This document shows, piece by piece, positions 18,678-28,833 of a stretch of 64,000 nt of DNA; within the stretch, counting starts at the first letter, position 1, and the number at the start of each line of letters is the position of its first letter. Where the stretch lies: the NCBI GenBank assembly GCA_045535075.1, contig JAZSKX010000001.1, positions 32,001 to 96,000 on the forward strand, read 5' to 3'. This DNA comes from Candidatus Spyradenecus sp. (GTDB lineage Bacteria; Verrucomicrobiota; Verrucomicrobiia; Opitutales; UBA953). Below the pieces are notes generated by a model. The model saw only the letters and a program-made list of their open reading frames with translations, did no database searches and was not told the origin of the DNA. Position numbers and translations under genes: made by a program.

Positions 18678-19460
18678 TTAACGCGAAATCAGCGTTTCTA
18701 CGGCGAGTTGTGCAAGCGCGAGTCCGAATGCGCCCGTGACGAATGCCGCCGTTCCCGACCTCGGTTTACCTCCCGCCGGCGAAATCATCTGGGGAAAAGC
18801 GGTGCCGGCAAGTTCTTCCGGGGCGCGTGAGATTTCCCGCGAAAAAATAACGGGAACTCCCATCTTACGACCGGAATTTCCTTTCGGAAAACCGTAGCGG
18901 GAACGCAACTCCCGTCGGACAAATTTTAACAGCGCGTCGCCTTCGACGTCGGCAAGGTCGCCGCGCTCGACACGCGTTCCGTCGCGCTTTCCCGCGCAAC
19001 CGCCGGAGGAAACAATCGGCGTTCCCGCCGCAACGCACGCCGCAATAAGCGACGCCTTGTTCATCGCGCCGTCGATTGCATCGACGACAAGGTCAAAGCG
19101 CGTTTTGTTTTCTTCAAAAAACGTTCCCGCGTTTTCCTGCGTAATGAACATTTTGTGCACGGAAACTTTGCATTCGGGATTGACGGCGCGGACACGTTCG
19201 GCGAGAGCTTCCGCCTTGGGGCGTCCGTAATTGCCGCTGAGCGCGTGAAGCTGGCGATTTGTATTCGTCGCGCAAACATCGTCCATATCGACCAAGGTTA
19301 AATGAAGGATTCCGCTACGCGCGAGTGCCTCGCACGCCCAAGAGCCGACGCCGCCGAGTCCGATTAGGCAGACGCGGGAACGCACGATTCTTTCAAATGC
19401 GTCTGCGCCGTAAAGTCGCGCCATGCCGGCAAAACGCGCACAAAAATCTTCGCAAAACAT
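18678..19460 (-). CDS. tcdA: tRNA threonylcarbamoyladenosine dehydratase (ThiF/E1-like)
   Basis: IGLGGVGSWACEALARSG, TNTNRQLHA, VDAID, SSGG.AGK, FVTGAFG. Confidence 0.88.
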   Translation of the reverse strand: MFCEDFCARFAGMARLYGADAFERIVRSRVCLIGLGGVGSWACEALARSGILHLTLVDMDDVCATNTNRQLHALSGNYGRPKAEALAERVRAVNPECKVSVHKMFITQENAGTFFEENKTRFDLVVDAIDGAMNKASLIAACVAAGTPIVSSGGCAGKRDGTRVERGDLADVEGDALLKFVRRELRSRYGFPKGNSGRKMGVPVIFSREISRAPEELAGTAFPQMISPAGGKPRSGTAAFVTGAFGLALAQLAVETLISR

Positions 19461-19554
19461 GCGGGAAGTCTAAAGTTTAAGGACGCCGTCCAAAAGCAAT
19501 TTTTGGCGGCGTCCCTTGATTAATTTCGGCAATATCTGATTCTCGGCGCGGAAT

Positions 19555-21228
19555 TTACTGCTCCAGAATTTCGAGGATCTGCGGGAGCGATTTTTTGCCG
19601 AAGGCGATAATTTTGCCGTTTACGGCGATCGCGGGAACGCTCATGACGTTGTAGCGTTCGCGGATCGCGGGGAAGTGTGCGATGTCGAGGACATCGGTTG
19701 AAATTTCCGGATTTTCCAGCGCAATGCGTTGTGTCGCGACGACGACTTCCGGGCACTGCGTGCAGGAAAGCGAAACGAGCACTTCGATTTTGCGCGGTGC
19801 GAGCGCGCGGATGCGTTCCCGCGTGGCGTCGTCGAGCGCTTGTCCCGGACCGGCGGCGTTATAAAGAGCGATGATGAAGGAGTTGATTTCGTGTCCGCCG
19901 GGAACGCCGTGGAAACTTGCTCCGAGCGATTTTCCGTCGGCATCGCAAATCGTGACGCAAGGGCGAAGCGCAGTTGCGTTCGTTCCCGCGGGAATGCCGA
20001 AGCGTAATTCGATTTTATCGGAAAGTTCGGCGATTTCTTCGAGGAAGTTTTTCAGTTCGTCGGAAACGGCGTTGCTGTCGTCAAGTTCCGCCGCGAGGAC
20101 GATTTTATTTTCGAAGCGGGCGAAAACGCCTTGAAGTTGGGCGCGTGCGGCTTCGTCGAAGAATTTTCCGTCGTTGTCGGCGTTTTCGGAATCTTTTGCG
20201 GGAACGCTTTCCGTTGCAGGCGGTTTTTCGTGGGCGGCGGGCTTGCGGATTTCGCGGGAAGCACGCGTCGTGATGCCGGCAAGTTTGCGTGCGTCGGACA
20301 GATATTTTTCGAGCGCGGTGGCGGAAGTTGCGCCGTCGGCAACGGCGGTAACGACTTGGCGCAAACGTTTGCGGCGCAAATCGCCTGCGACGTAAACGCC
20401 GTCGATTCCGGTTTTCCCTTCTTCGTCACAAATCGCGAATCCGTCTTTGTCGATTCCGATTTTATCTTTGATTAAATCGCTTGCGGGAGCGTAGCCGACG
20501 AAGACGAAAACGCCGAAAGAGTCGCCGTCTTCCGCCTGAAATTCCTCCGTTTGCCCGGTTTTATTATTTTTCAAAATGGCACTTTCGGGTGCCGCGTTCC
20601 CGCGAATTTCCAAGAGTTCCGTGTTGAAACGTACTGAAATTTTCGGATTTGCCAAAACTTCCTCCGCAACGCTTTGCGCGCAGGAGAATTCGTCGCGACG
20701 CACGAGCATCGTAATTTTTTTTGCGTAGCGCGTGAGGAAAATCGCTTCTTCGCAGGCGGAAAATCCGCCGCCGATGACGAGCAATTCCTTCCCCGTAAAA
20801 AATTCTCCGTCGCAGGTTGCGCAATAGGCGACACCGCGCCCGCGGAATTCTGATTCCCCTTTGAATCCGACCGCGCGCGGACGCGCTCCCGCCGCGACGA
20901 CGATCCCGAGCGCACGAATGTCTCCGCGCGTTGTCTTGATGGTTTTGACCGTTCCCGTGAAATCGAGTTCCCGCGCTTCGGCCGTCAAAAATTCTGCTCC
21001 GAAATTTTCCGCCTGTTGCCGCATTGTTTCCGTGAGCGCTTTGCCGGAGGCGTGCAAAACGCCGGGGTAATTGACGACTTCGTCGGTGATGGTGATTTGC
21101 CCGCCGATGTTTTCGCGCTCGAGAACGAGCACGCTAAAACGCGCGCGGGAAAGGTAAATTGCGGCAGAGAGCCCGGCGGGACCGGCGCCGATAATGACGG
21201 CATCGTAGATGGAGTCGGAAAAATTCAT
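19555..21228 (-). CDS. ahpF: AhpF-like disulfide reductase (TrxR domain followed by C-terminal thioredoxin-like domains)
   Basis: IIGAGPAG, YCATCDG, FHGVPGGHEINSF, SLSCTQCPEVV; downstream of ahpC. Confidence 0.88.
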   Translation of the reverse strand: MNFSDSIYDAVIIGAGPAGLSAAIYLSRARFSVLVLERENIGGQITITDEVVNYPGVLHASGKALTETMRQQAENFGAEFLTAEARELDFTGTVKTIKTTRGDIRALGIVVAAGARPRAVGFKGESEFRGRGVAYCATCDGEFFTGKELLVIGGGFSACEEAIFLTRYAKKITMLVRRDEFSCAQSVAEEVLANPKISVRFNTELLEIRGNAAPESAILKNNKTGQTEEFQAEDGDSFGVFVFVGYAPASDLIKDKIGIDKDGFAICDEEGKTGIDGVYVAGDLRRKRLRQVVTAVADGATSATALEKYLSDARKLAGITTRASREIRKPAAHEKPPATESVPAKDSENADNDGKFFDEAARAQLQGVFARFENKIVLAAELDDSNAVSDELKNFLEEIAELSDKIELRFGIPAGTNATALRPCVTICDADGKSLGASFHGVPGGHEINSFIIALYNAAGPGQALDDATRERIRALAPRKIEVLVSLSCTQCPEVVVATQRIALENPEISTDVLDIAHFPAIRERYNVMSVPAIAVNGKIIAFGKKSLPQILEILEQ

Positions 21229-21256
21229 ATTTAGAAAAGGAAAGTGTTATTTTTTT

Positions 21257-21306
21257 AACGCGAAGAACGCAAAGAACTTTGTCGGTCCTTTGCGTTCTTT
21301 GCGTTT
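21257..21306. repeat. 9-mer tandem inverted-repeat element
   Basis: AACGCGAAGAACGCAAAG...CTTTGCGTTCTTTGCGTT between ahpC and ahpF. A degenerate relative lies at about 11421-11490. Confidence 0.6.
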
Positions 21307-21354
21307 TACAAAGAAGCGCATCGGAAATTCGGCGCTTCTTGTTCGGGTATTTAA

Positions 21355-21918
21355 TTACAAAGCGCCGACGAGGTCGAGGCTCGGCTTCAGCGTTTTGGCG
21401 CCGGGTTGCCATTTCGCCGGGCAAACTTCATCGCCGTGTTCGGCAACGAATTGCAACGCCTGCACGCGGCGGAAAAGTTCGTCCGCATTGCGTCCGATAT
21501 TGCCGGCAACGACTTCGTAGGAAACGATTTTGCCTTCCGGGTTGACGATGAAGGTTCCGCGTTCGGCGAGCCCAGCACTTTCAATCATCACGTCGAAATC
21601 GCGGGCGAGTGCGGCGGTCGGATCCGCGAGCATCGGATACTGGATTTTTTTGATGATTTTGGAAGCATCGTGCCACGCTTTGTGAACGAAGTGCGTGTCG
21701 CAGGAAACGGAGTAAATTTCGCAACCGATTTTCTTAAATTCTTCGTATTTGTTCGCGAGGTCTTCGAGCTCGGTCGGGCAGACGAAAGTGAAGTCCGCCG
21801 GATAGAAGAAAAACACGCTCCATTTGCCGAGAACGTCTTTCTTGGAGACGGGAACGAACTTGTTGTTCTGGTAGGATTGGACGGTGAAGTCCGCGATTTC
21901 TTTGTTAATCAATGACAT
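21355..21918 (-). CDS. ahpC: Alkyl hydroperoxide reductase subunit C
   Basis: FYPADFTFVCPTEL and EVCPAKW. Confidence 0.97.
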   Translation of the reverse strand: MSLINKEIADFTVQSYQNNKFVPVSKKDVLGKWSVFFFYPADFTFVCPTELEDLANKYEEFKKIGCEIYSVSCDTHFVHKAWHDASKIIKKIQYPMLADPTAALARDFDVMIESAGLAERGTFIVNPEGKIVSYEVVAGNIGRNADELFRRVQALQFVAEHGDEVCPAKWQPGAKTLKPSLDLVGAL

Positions 21919-22036
21919 GATTTTATTACTTTCTATTTATTTTATTGGTTTGGTTGGTGATTGATTGTCGGCAACTTTGGGATTGCCTCTGTTTTATGTC
22001 ATCTAATCTGCATAAAATTAAAAATTAAGTCAATAC

Positions 22037-22059
22037 ATTTTTGTAATAAATACAAAAAT
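22037..22059. promoter_or_regulatory. Palindrome upstream of ahpC (PerR-box-like)
   Basis: ATTTTTGTA-ATAAA-TACAAAAAT. The core TTGTAATAAATACAA resembles TTATAATNATTATAA. Adjacent to a minus-strand TTGACT. Confidence 0.45.
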
Positions 22060-22084
22060 ATTTTTAGGAAATTTATATTTCGAA

Positions 22085-22127
22085 TAAAAAAGCGTTCCCG
22101 TAGCGGAATTATTGCTGCGGGAACGCT
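22085..22127 (-). terminator. Terminator built from an inverted CGGGAAC pair
   Basis: AGCGTTCCCGTAGC...GCTGCGGGAACGCT with a minus-strand T tract, after the ABC gene. Confidence 0.85.
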
Positions 22128-22150
22128 GAACTTTTGAAAGCAGGAAAGGC

Positions 22151-23590
22151 TTATTCGCTACGCTTCAGATGGCGTTCGAGCTTGCCGAGCAGTGCGGAGA
22201 AAAGCATGACGATGCAAAGATAAATCGCGGCGACGGCGAGGAGCGGGAGAAAAGCCGTGTAGGTTTGGCTACGGATAATGTCGCCCGCTTTGGTTAAATC
22301 CTGAAGTGCAATGTAGCCGGCGACGCTGGTTTCTTTGAGAAGGACGACAAATTCGTTGCCGAGCGCGGGAAGGACGTTTTTGAAGGCTTGCGGAAGCACG
22401 ATATAAATCATCGTCTGCGGATAACTTAGCCCGAGACTGCGTCCGGCTTCGAATTGCCCTTTGTCGATTGACATAATGCCGCCGCGAATAATTTCTGCGA
22501 CATAAGCTCCGGAATTAATTCCGAACGCGACGATGGCGACAAGGACTTTGCTGACATCGACACTTCCGAAAATAACGAAATAAATGATGAGTAATTGAAC
22601 GACGACCGGCGTTCCGCGAATTACGGTAAGATAAATTTTGCAGATGAAATTCAGAAATTTGAGCGAACCGTTTTTGTCGTGCGTTGCGCGAATGACGGCA
22701 ACAAGAAAGCCGATGAACAAGCCGAGAATAACGGCAAAAAACGAAACTTCGATCGTTACCCAAAGCCCTTCGAGCAAGTAGCGCCAACGTTCGTTTTCGA
22801 TAAAATTTGTATAAAACGCGCTGCCGGTTTCTTCGCTGATTGCGGGAACGGCGTTGTCGGGCGTTCCCGCAGCCGTGTATTTCTTCAGAATCGCATCGAG
22901 GCGTCCGTCGGTTTTCATCGTATTGAGGACGGAATCAATTTGCGAGAGCAGGGCTTTATTTTCTTTTGAAACGGCAAAGGCGTAGCTTTCCGTTGTCAGG
23001 GAATCGCTCAGGATTTTAAGGGATTCTGGGTATTTGTTTTTAAAAACTTTCGCCGGTTGGTCATCTAAGATGAGGACTTCGATTTTTCCCGCGAGTAGCG
23101 CGGAAACACCGAGTGCTCCGTTTTGGAAACGCTCCGGCTCGCCGAGGTTTTGCGTGACGAACAGGTCGCCCGTCGTGCCGTGTTGGACGCCGATTCGTTT
23201 TCCGGGCAAATCGCTTTTTCCCGTGATTGTACTTGCGGCGGGAACGATGATAACTTGCTTGGCTTCGATGTAGGGAACAGAGAAATCCACTTGCCGGCGG
23301 CGTTCCTCCGTAACGGTGATTCCGGAAGCGGCGACATCGGCTTTTCCCGTGCTGACTGCAGTGATAACCGAGTCAAAACTCATATCCTGAATGACGAGTT
23401 GTCTTCCGATGGTATCGGCGACAATTTGCATGATTTCGGGATCGATTCCGACGACGCGCTTGCCGTCGCGAAATTCGTACGGCGGAAAAGTGGCTTCCGT
23501 TACCATAATCAGCTGCTTCTCGCGCTCGGAATCACAAGCACAAAAAAACAGAGAAAGCGAGAGGAAGATAAAGCGAACTAGAGTTTTCAT
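22151..23590 (-). CDS. Polar amino-acid ABC transporter, fused substrate-binding protein and permease
   Basis: TEATFPPYEF, GITVTEERR (SBP family 3); IRGTPVVVQL, SGAYVAEIIRGG, GQFEAGRSLG, LLKETS. Confidence 0.93.
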   Translation of the reverse strand: MKTLVRFIFLSLSLFFCACDSEREKQLIMVTEATFPPYEFRDGKRVVGIDPEIMQIVADTIGRQLVIQDMSFDSVITAVSTGKADVAASGITVTEERRRQVDFSVPYIEAKQVIIVPAASTITGKSDLPGKRIGVQHGTTGDLFVTQNLGEPERFQNGALGVSALLAGKIEVLILDDQPAKVFKNKYPESLKILSDSLTTESYAFAVSKENKALLSQIDSVLNTMKTDGRLDAILKKYTAAGTPDNAVPAISEETGSAFYTNFIENERWRYLLEGLWVTIEVSFFAVILGLFIGFLVAVIRATHDKNGSLKFLNFICKIYLTVIRGTPVVVQLLIIYFVIFGSVDVSKVLVAIVAFGINSGAYVAEIIRGGIMSIDKGQFEAGRSLGLSYPQTMIYIVLPQAFKNVLPALGNEFVVLLKETSVAGYIALQDLTKAGDIIRSQTYTAFLPLLAVAAIYLCIVMLFSALLGKLERHLKRSE

Positions 23591-23612
23591 TAAAATCGAA
23601 AATTCGGCGGCG

Positions 23613-23649
23613 AAAAAAAAGCGTTCCCGGAAACGTAACGCGGGAACGC
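23613..23649 (-). terminator. Terminator built from an inverted CGGGAAC pair
   Basis: A8-GCGTTCCCG...CGGGAACGC after the aldolase gene. Confidence 0.8.
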
Positions 23650-23669
23650 CCTTCAGAAAGCGGAAAAAA

Positions 23670-24851
23670 TTATTTTACCTGCTTCATAATCTCATCGGTG
23701 ATTTCTTTCACCAAGGCATCGACGTCTGCGGGAGCGGCTTCACCCTTGCATTCACAGGGTTTCGCAGGTGTGCTGAGCTTGCAAACCGCATTGCCTGCGA
23801 GAATTTCCCACGGGTCGGCATCACAGAGATTGGCAACTTTCAGCCCGAAACGATCGTCCGGGAGGTTCATTTGTTTTTTCAAATCCAAGATTTCCGCCAT
23901 GCCTTCGTTCGAAATCGCGGGACCGCGTTTCGGAAGCTGGTTGGCGAGGAGAATCGTGCGGCAGAGAGCATCGGCGATTTCCATTTTGTAATAAGCGTCT
24001 TCAACGCCCGTTCCCCAAGTAATAACACCGTGTGATGCCATCATGATTGCCTGGTGCGTCGGCGCAAGTTCGGCGCAGAATTTCGCGACATCCGGGCTTC
24101 CCGGCGTGGCGTATTTCGCAATCGGAATGCGACCGAGGAAAATCTCGGATTCCGTGAGCAAACAGGTCGGCGGCTCGACACCCGCAACCGCAAATGCCGT
24201 CGCATGAACCGGATGCGCGTGGATGACCGACATTGCCGTCGGGCAAACTTTCATAATCGCGATGTGCGTGTTGACCTCGCTGGTGCGTTTCCACGTTCCC
24301 GCGAGTTGCTTTCCGTTGGCATCGACCATGCCGATCATATCCGGCGTGAGGAAGCCTTTGCTGACTCCGGTCGGCGTGCAGAGATAGCGGTCGCCGTCGA
24401 CGCGTGCGGAAATATTTCCGCCGTTCCCGTCAACAAATTCGCGTAACCAAATGCGGCGCCCCATGTCGCACATCTGATATTTGAGGGCTTCGCATTCCGG
24501 GGAATTGAAGTAATCAACGTCTTCTTTTTTGTAGCCGGACTGGTCGGCGGGAGACGGGCAGAAATTGCGCGTAGACGGACCGCTTGCCGTCAGGCGTGCC
24601 AACTCGGGATCTCCTACGAAGCTCGAAGGCGCTCCGGGATTGGCGGCGGTCTTCGGCGCTGCGGGAACGGCATTTGTCGCGACGGGAGCGGTGCCTTTCA
24701 TCGCGGGATCGAAAACGAGGCGAACGCCGGCTTCGGTGAGAACATCGCGCGCAATCGGGGTCACGCGCATTTCGGGGCCGTGACGAAAAACTTTATTTCC
24801 GGTTTTTACAAAAGCTTCTGCTTCTTGTTGGTTAAAGAGTTTCATAATCAA
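23670..24851 (-). CDS. Class II aldolase/adducin family protein with microcompartment-type terminal extensions
   Basis: GNGGNISAR, TPTGVSKG, TSE...H, HAHP, HGVITWG. C-terminal DVDALVKEITDEIMKQVK amphipathic helix. Start at 24851 or ATG 24845. Confidence 0.88.
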   Translation of the reverse strand: MIMKLFNQQEAEAFVKTGNKVFRHGPEMRVTPIARDVLTEAGVRLVFDPAMKGTAPVATNAVPAAPKTAANPGAPSSFVGDPELARLTASGPSTRNFCPSPADQSGYKKEDVDYFNSPECEALKYQMCDMGRRIWLREFVDGNGGNISARVDGDRYLCTPTGVSKGFLTPDMIGMVDANGKQLAGTWKRTSEVNTHIAIMKVCPTAMSVIHAHPVHATAFAVAGVEPPTCLLTESEIFLGRIPIAKYATPGSPDVAKFCAELAPTHQAIMMASHGVITWGTGVEDAYYKMEIADALCRTILLANQLPKRGPAISNEGMAEILDLKKQMNLPDDRFGLKVANLCDADPWEILAGNAVCKLSTPAKPCECKGEAAPADVDALVKEITDEIMKQVK

Positions 24852-24947
24852 AAATGGGGAATGTTAGTGGCTGTATTCTGTGCGTTTGAGAGCGCCGGCG
24901 CAATTTAATTCTTCCGCTTCCGGGAATCAATTTTCGGTGTCCGCGCG

Positions 24948-27900
24948 TTATCTTGCATCGAAGTATTTGGCTTGCGGGGAGGCGAAATAAAGTCCGCAGG
25001 CGGAAGCGGGCGGTGTCATCATAAACGATTCCGTCAGGTTGACTTCGATATTTTCTTCGACTTTAAGCAGGTCGAAAAGGGCGCGTTTTTGCGCATGATC
25101 CGGGAAAACGGGATAGCCGATTGCCGGGCGAATGCCTTTGTACTTTTCTGCAAAAAGTTCGTCGGTCGAAAGTTGTTCGTTGACGGAATAGCCCCAGAGT
25201 TCCCGACGGACTTTCCGGTGCAACCATTCGGAAGCGGCTTCGGCGATACGGTCGGCAAGCGCGCAGAGAATCAGCGACGAGTAATCGTCTCCGGCGGCGG
25301 AAAAATCTTCGGCAATCTTCTTGATTTCCTCTCCGGCGGTAACGGCAAATCCGCCGATCCAGTCGGGCGTTCCCGCGGGAGCGATAAAATCCGCAAGCGC
25401 AAGATTGGGCGTTCCCGCGCGTTGTTTCGTGAGCTGACGTGCCGGCTCGAAAACGCACTCGCCGTTGTTGACGACAATTTTTTCATTTTGGGAAAATGCC
25501 GGAAAAATACCGACGACTCCCGATGCGAACCGGACTCCGCGGGCAGGAAGCTCTTCCCAGATTTTTCGGGCATCGGCAAGGAGCTTTTCTGCGTCGGGCG
25601 ACTTGGCGGCGTTCCCGCGCATCTCAAAAACACTCAAAAGCGCGCTCCATGCGATCAGCGGGAAAAGTTCTCCGAGCGGAATTTCGATTTTTTGAACTCC
25701 GAGCCACGCAGGTTTTACCGGCGGATTTTTTTCGAAATCAATCCTCAGGCGATTGGCACGTGCGTCCTCAAGTGAAATGCGTTCCCGAGGCGTTTTCTCT
25801 GCGTAGTCTTTTCGGATTTTTTCGTAATCGGCCTGAAGTTCCCGAAGAAAAATCGTTTGCGTCGCTTCCGAAAAATAGTCACCGCAGGCACGCGAAATGC
25901 GCGAGGCGTCCGTCGTGTGAATGACCGAACCGGACGGGTAGAGCGGAGCGATTTTGATTGCTGTGTGTTCCCGTGAGGTCGTAGCGCCGCCGACAAAGAG
26001 CGGAATCGTGAATCCTTCGCGTTGCATTTCCGCCGCAACATGCGCCATCTCATCAAGCGAAGGCGTAATTAAACCGCTTAAAACAATCGCGTCCGCTTCG
26101 CGTTCCCGTGCCGTATCCAAAATCTTTTTACACGGCGTCATGACCCCGAGATCAATAATTTCGTAGCCGTTGCACGCAAGGACAATGGAAACGATATTTT
26201 TACCGATGTCGTGGACATCGCCTTTGACGGTTGCGATGACAATGCGCTTGCGATTTGCCGTGCGGCTCGCATCCGAGGTTTCTTCCATAAACGGCGTCAG
26301 CACTTCAACTGCGAGTTTCATGACGCGGGCGGATTTAACGACTTGCGGGAGAAACATTTTGCCGTCGCCGAAAAGTTGCCCGACCGTTCCCATGCCGGCC
26401 ATGAGCGGACCTTCGATGACGGCGAGCGGCGAACCGAGTTTTTCAAAAGCTTCCAAGACATCTTCGCGGATGTTGTCCGTGACGCCGTGAATCAGCGCGT
26501 ATTCCAAGCGCTCGCATACATTGCCCTGACGCACGGAATGCGTGTCCGGCGCGGGAACATCATTCTTTTTTACATTATATTTTCCCGCGATTTCGATTAG
26601 GCGGTCTGTTGCATCGGCGCGGCGGTTTAAGACGACATCTTCGACGCGCTCCCGCAATTCCTCCGGAATTTGTTCGTAAACTCCGAGCATCCCGGCGTTG
26701 ACGATTCCCATGTCCAACCCGGCGCGAATCGCATGAAAGAGAAAAACGGCGTGAATGGCTTCGCGAACGGGATTGTTCCCGCGAAACGCAAAAGAAACAT
26801 TCGAAATGCCGCCGGATGTTCGTGCGCCGGGACAACGTTTTTTGATTTCGGAAATCGCGCGAATGAAATCAATGCCGAATGCCGCGTCGCTTTCAAGCCC
26901 CGTGCCGACGGTCAAAACGTTCGGATCAAAAATAATGTCGCTCGCGGGAACGCCGGCCTGTTCCGTCAGAAGTTTGTAAGCGCGTTCGCAGATTTCGACC
27001 TTGCGCTCAAAGTCTGTCGCTTGTCCGTTTTCGTCAAACGCCATGACAATGATCGCCGCGCCGTAGCGCCGGCAACGCTTCGCGCGTTCGAGGAATTTTT
27101 CTTCGCCTTCTTTGAGAGAAATCGAGTTGACGATGCACTTTCCTTGAGCGCAACGTAAGCCGGCTTCGATAACTTCCCACTTGGACGAGTCAATCATGAG
27201 CGGAATGCGGGCGATTTCCGGCTCAGAGGCGAGCAGGTTTAAAAATCGTGTCATGCAGGCTTCGCCGTCGAGCAGAGCCTCATCGAAATTTACGTCAATA
27301 ATGTTGGCGCCGTTTTCCGCTTGTTGGCGTGCGATTGCAAGTGCGCCGCTCCAATCGTCTGCGGCGATGAGTTTTTTAAATTTCGGAGAACCGGTAACAT
27401 TACTGCGTTCGCCGACCAAGACGAAATCGGAGCTCGCGTTGCGCGTCGTCGAGCCGTCGAGCGGCGGGAAGACGAAGTGTTCCGTTCCCGCGAGAGCAAG
27501 CGTTTCCGGAAGCGCGGGAACGGCGCGCGGCGGAAAGGATTCTGTCGATCGGCGAATGGCACGAATGTGTTCCGGCGTGGTACCGCAGCAACCGCCGACG
27601 ATATTGAGCAAACCTTCCTGCGAAAATTCACGCAAATACATCGCTGTTTCTTCCGCCGTTTCCGAAAAGCCCGACGGCGCGAGCGGGTTCGGCAAACCCG
27701 CGTTCGGGTGGCAACTGATTGCACAGTCGGCGATTCGAGCCAAAGTTTCGATGTAAGGACGCATCGCGGGAGCGCCCAACGCGCAGTTCATGCCGATTGA
27801 AATCGGACGAATATGCCGCACGCTTTCCCAAAATGCCTCGACGGTTTGCCCCGAAAGCAGGCGCCCCGCCTTGTCTGCGACCGTTCCCGAAATCATCACG

Positions 27901-28559
27901 GGAACGCGTTCGCCGCGCGACTCGAAGATTTCCTGCATCGCAAAAATGGCGGCTTTGACATTGAGCGCGTCCGTTGCCGTTTCATAAAGAAGAACATCCG
28001 CTCCGGCTTCAAGCACGGCGAGAATTTGCTCGTGGTATGCCGCGCGCATGGCTTCGAAGCTCACGGCGCGTGCCGCAGGATTGCTGATGTCCGGCGACAT
28101 TGAAAGCATTTTCCCCGTCGGGCCGATTGATGCTGCGACGAAGCAACGTTGCGCGCGTTCCGGGTGCTCGACTTCGAAAGCATCGCGTTCCCGAACGGCG
28201 ATTTCGGTTGCCGCGCGAGCCATTGCCGCGACGTGTTCCTCTAGGCCGTATTCGTGCTGGGAAATGCGCGTTGAATTAAACGTATTCGTGGAAATGATGT
28301 CCGCACCGGCATCCAAATACGCACGATGTATTTTGCCCAAAATATCCGGGCGGGTCAGCGAAAGCACATCGTTGTCGCCCTTTAGATCAATCGGATGATC
28401 GCGGAAAAGCTCGCCGCGAAAATCAGCTTCCGTGAGGTTTTCCCGCTGAAGCATCGTTCCCGTGGCGCCGTCCAAATAAACAATGCGGGAGCGCATCAGC
28501 TCAATTAAACTTTGTCCGCGGGAACTAATCGGAAGTGCATCAAAATTCATTCGTATCAT
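24948..28559 (-). CDS. metH: Cobalamin-dependent methionine synthase
   Basis: [61 protein letters not shown]. Confidence 0.97.
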   Translation of the reverse strand: MIRMNFDALPISSRGQSLIELMRSRIVYLDGATGTMLQRENLTEADFRGELFRDHPIDLKGDNDVLSLTRPDILGKIHRAYLDAGADIISTNTFNSTRISQHEYGLEEHVAAMARAATEIAVRERDAFEVEHPERAQRCFVAASIGPTGKMLSMSPDISNPAARAVSFEAMRAAYHEQILAVLEAGADVLLYETATDALNVKAAIFAMQEIFESRGERVPVMISGTVADKAGRLLSGQTVEAFWESVRHIRPISIGMNCALGAPAMRPYIETLARIADCAISCHPNAGLPNPLAPSGFSETAEETAMYLREFSQEGLLNIVGGCCGTTPEHIRAIRRSTESFPPRAVPALPETLALAGTEHFVFPPLDGSTTRNASSDFVLVGERSNVTGSPKFKKLIAADDWSGALAIARQQAENGANIIDVNFDEALLDGEACMTRFLNLLASEPEIARIPLMIDSSKWEVIEAGLRCAQGKCIVNSISLKEGEEKFLERAKRCRRYGAAIIVMAFDENGQATDFERKVEICERAYKLLTEQAGVPASDIIFDPNVLTVGTGLESDAAFGIDFIRAISEIKKRCPGARTSGGISNVSFAFRGNNPVREAIHAVFLFHAIRAGLDMGIVNAGMLGVYEQIPEELRERVEDVVLNRRADATDRLIEIAGKYNVKKNDVPAPDTHSVRQGNVCERLEYALIHGVTDNIREDVLEAFEKLGSPLAVIEGPLMAGMGTVGQLFGDGKMFLPQVVKSARVMKLAVEVLTPFMEETSDASRTANRKRIVIATVKGDVHDIGKNIVSIVLACNGYEIIDLGVMTPCKKILDTAREREADAIVLSGLITPSLDEMAHVAAEMQREGFTIPLFVGGATTSREHTAIKIAPLYPSGSVIHTTDASRISRACGDYFSEATQTIFLRELQADYEKIRKDYAEKTPRERISLEDARANRLRIDFEKNPPVKPAWLGVQKIEIPLGELFPLIAWSALLSVFEMRGNAAKSPDAEKLLADARKIWEELPARGVRFASGVVGIFPAFSQNEKIVVNNGECVFEPARQLTKQRAGTPNLALADFIAPAGTPDWIGGFAVTAGEEIKKIAEDFSAAGDDYSSLILCALADRIAEAASEWLHRKVRRELWGYSVNEQLSTDELFAEKYKGIRPAIGYPVFPDHAQKRALFDLLKVEENIEVNLTESFMMTPPASACGLYFASPQAKYFDAR

Positions 28560-28833
28560 TTAATAATGATTTTTTGATGTAGAAAATAAAAAATTACGGG
28601 GACGGAATTTCGAGGTTTGGTTTGGGGTTTGCCGGAAATTATACGAGAAAATTTTCGAGCTGATTTTAATTCGTATCTCAGAGAAGAAATGTGCCGGATT
28701 CTTGTAAAAATAGCTCGATTTTTGATTCTTTCTTGAAAACCGTTTTTTTTTTTGCATGATCGTACAATTTCAAAATTGGCGCGTTTTTGTCGCAAGGACG
28801 CGAAAGTTTTTTATTAACCTAATTCTGATAACA

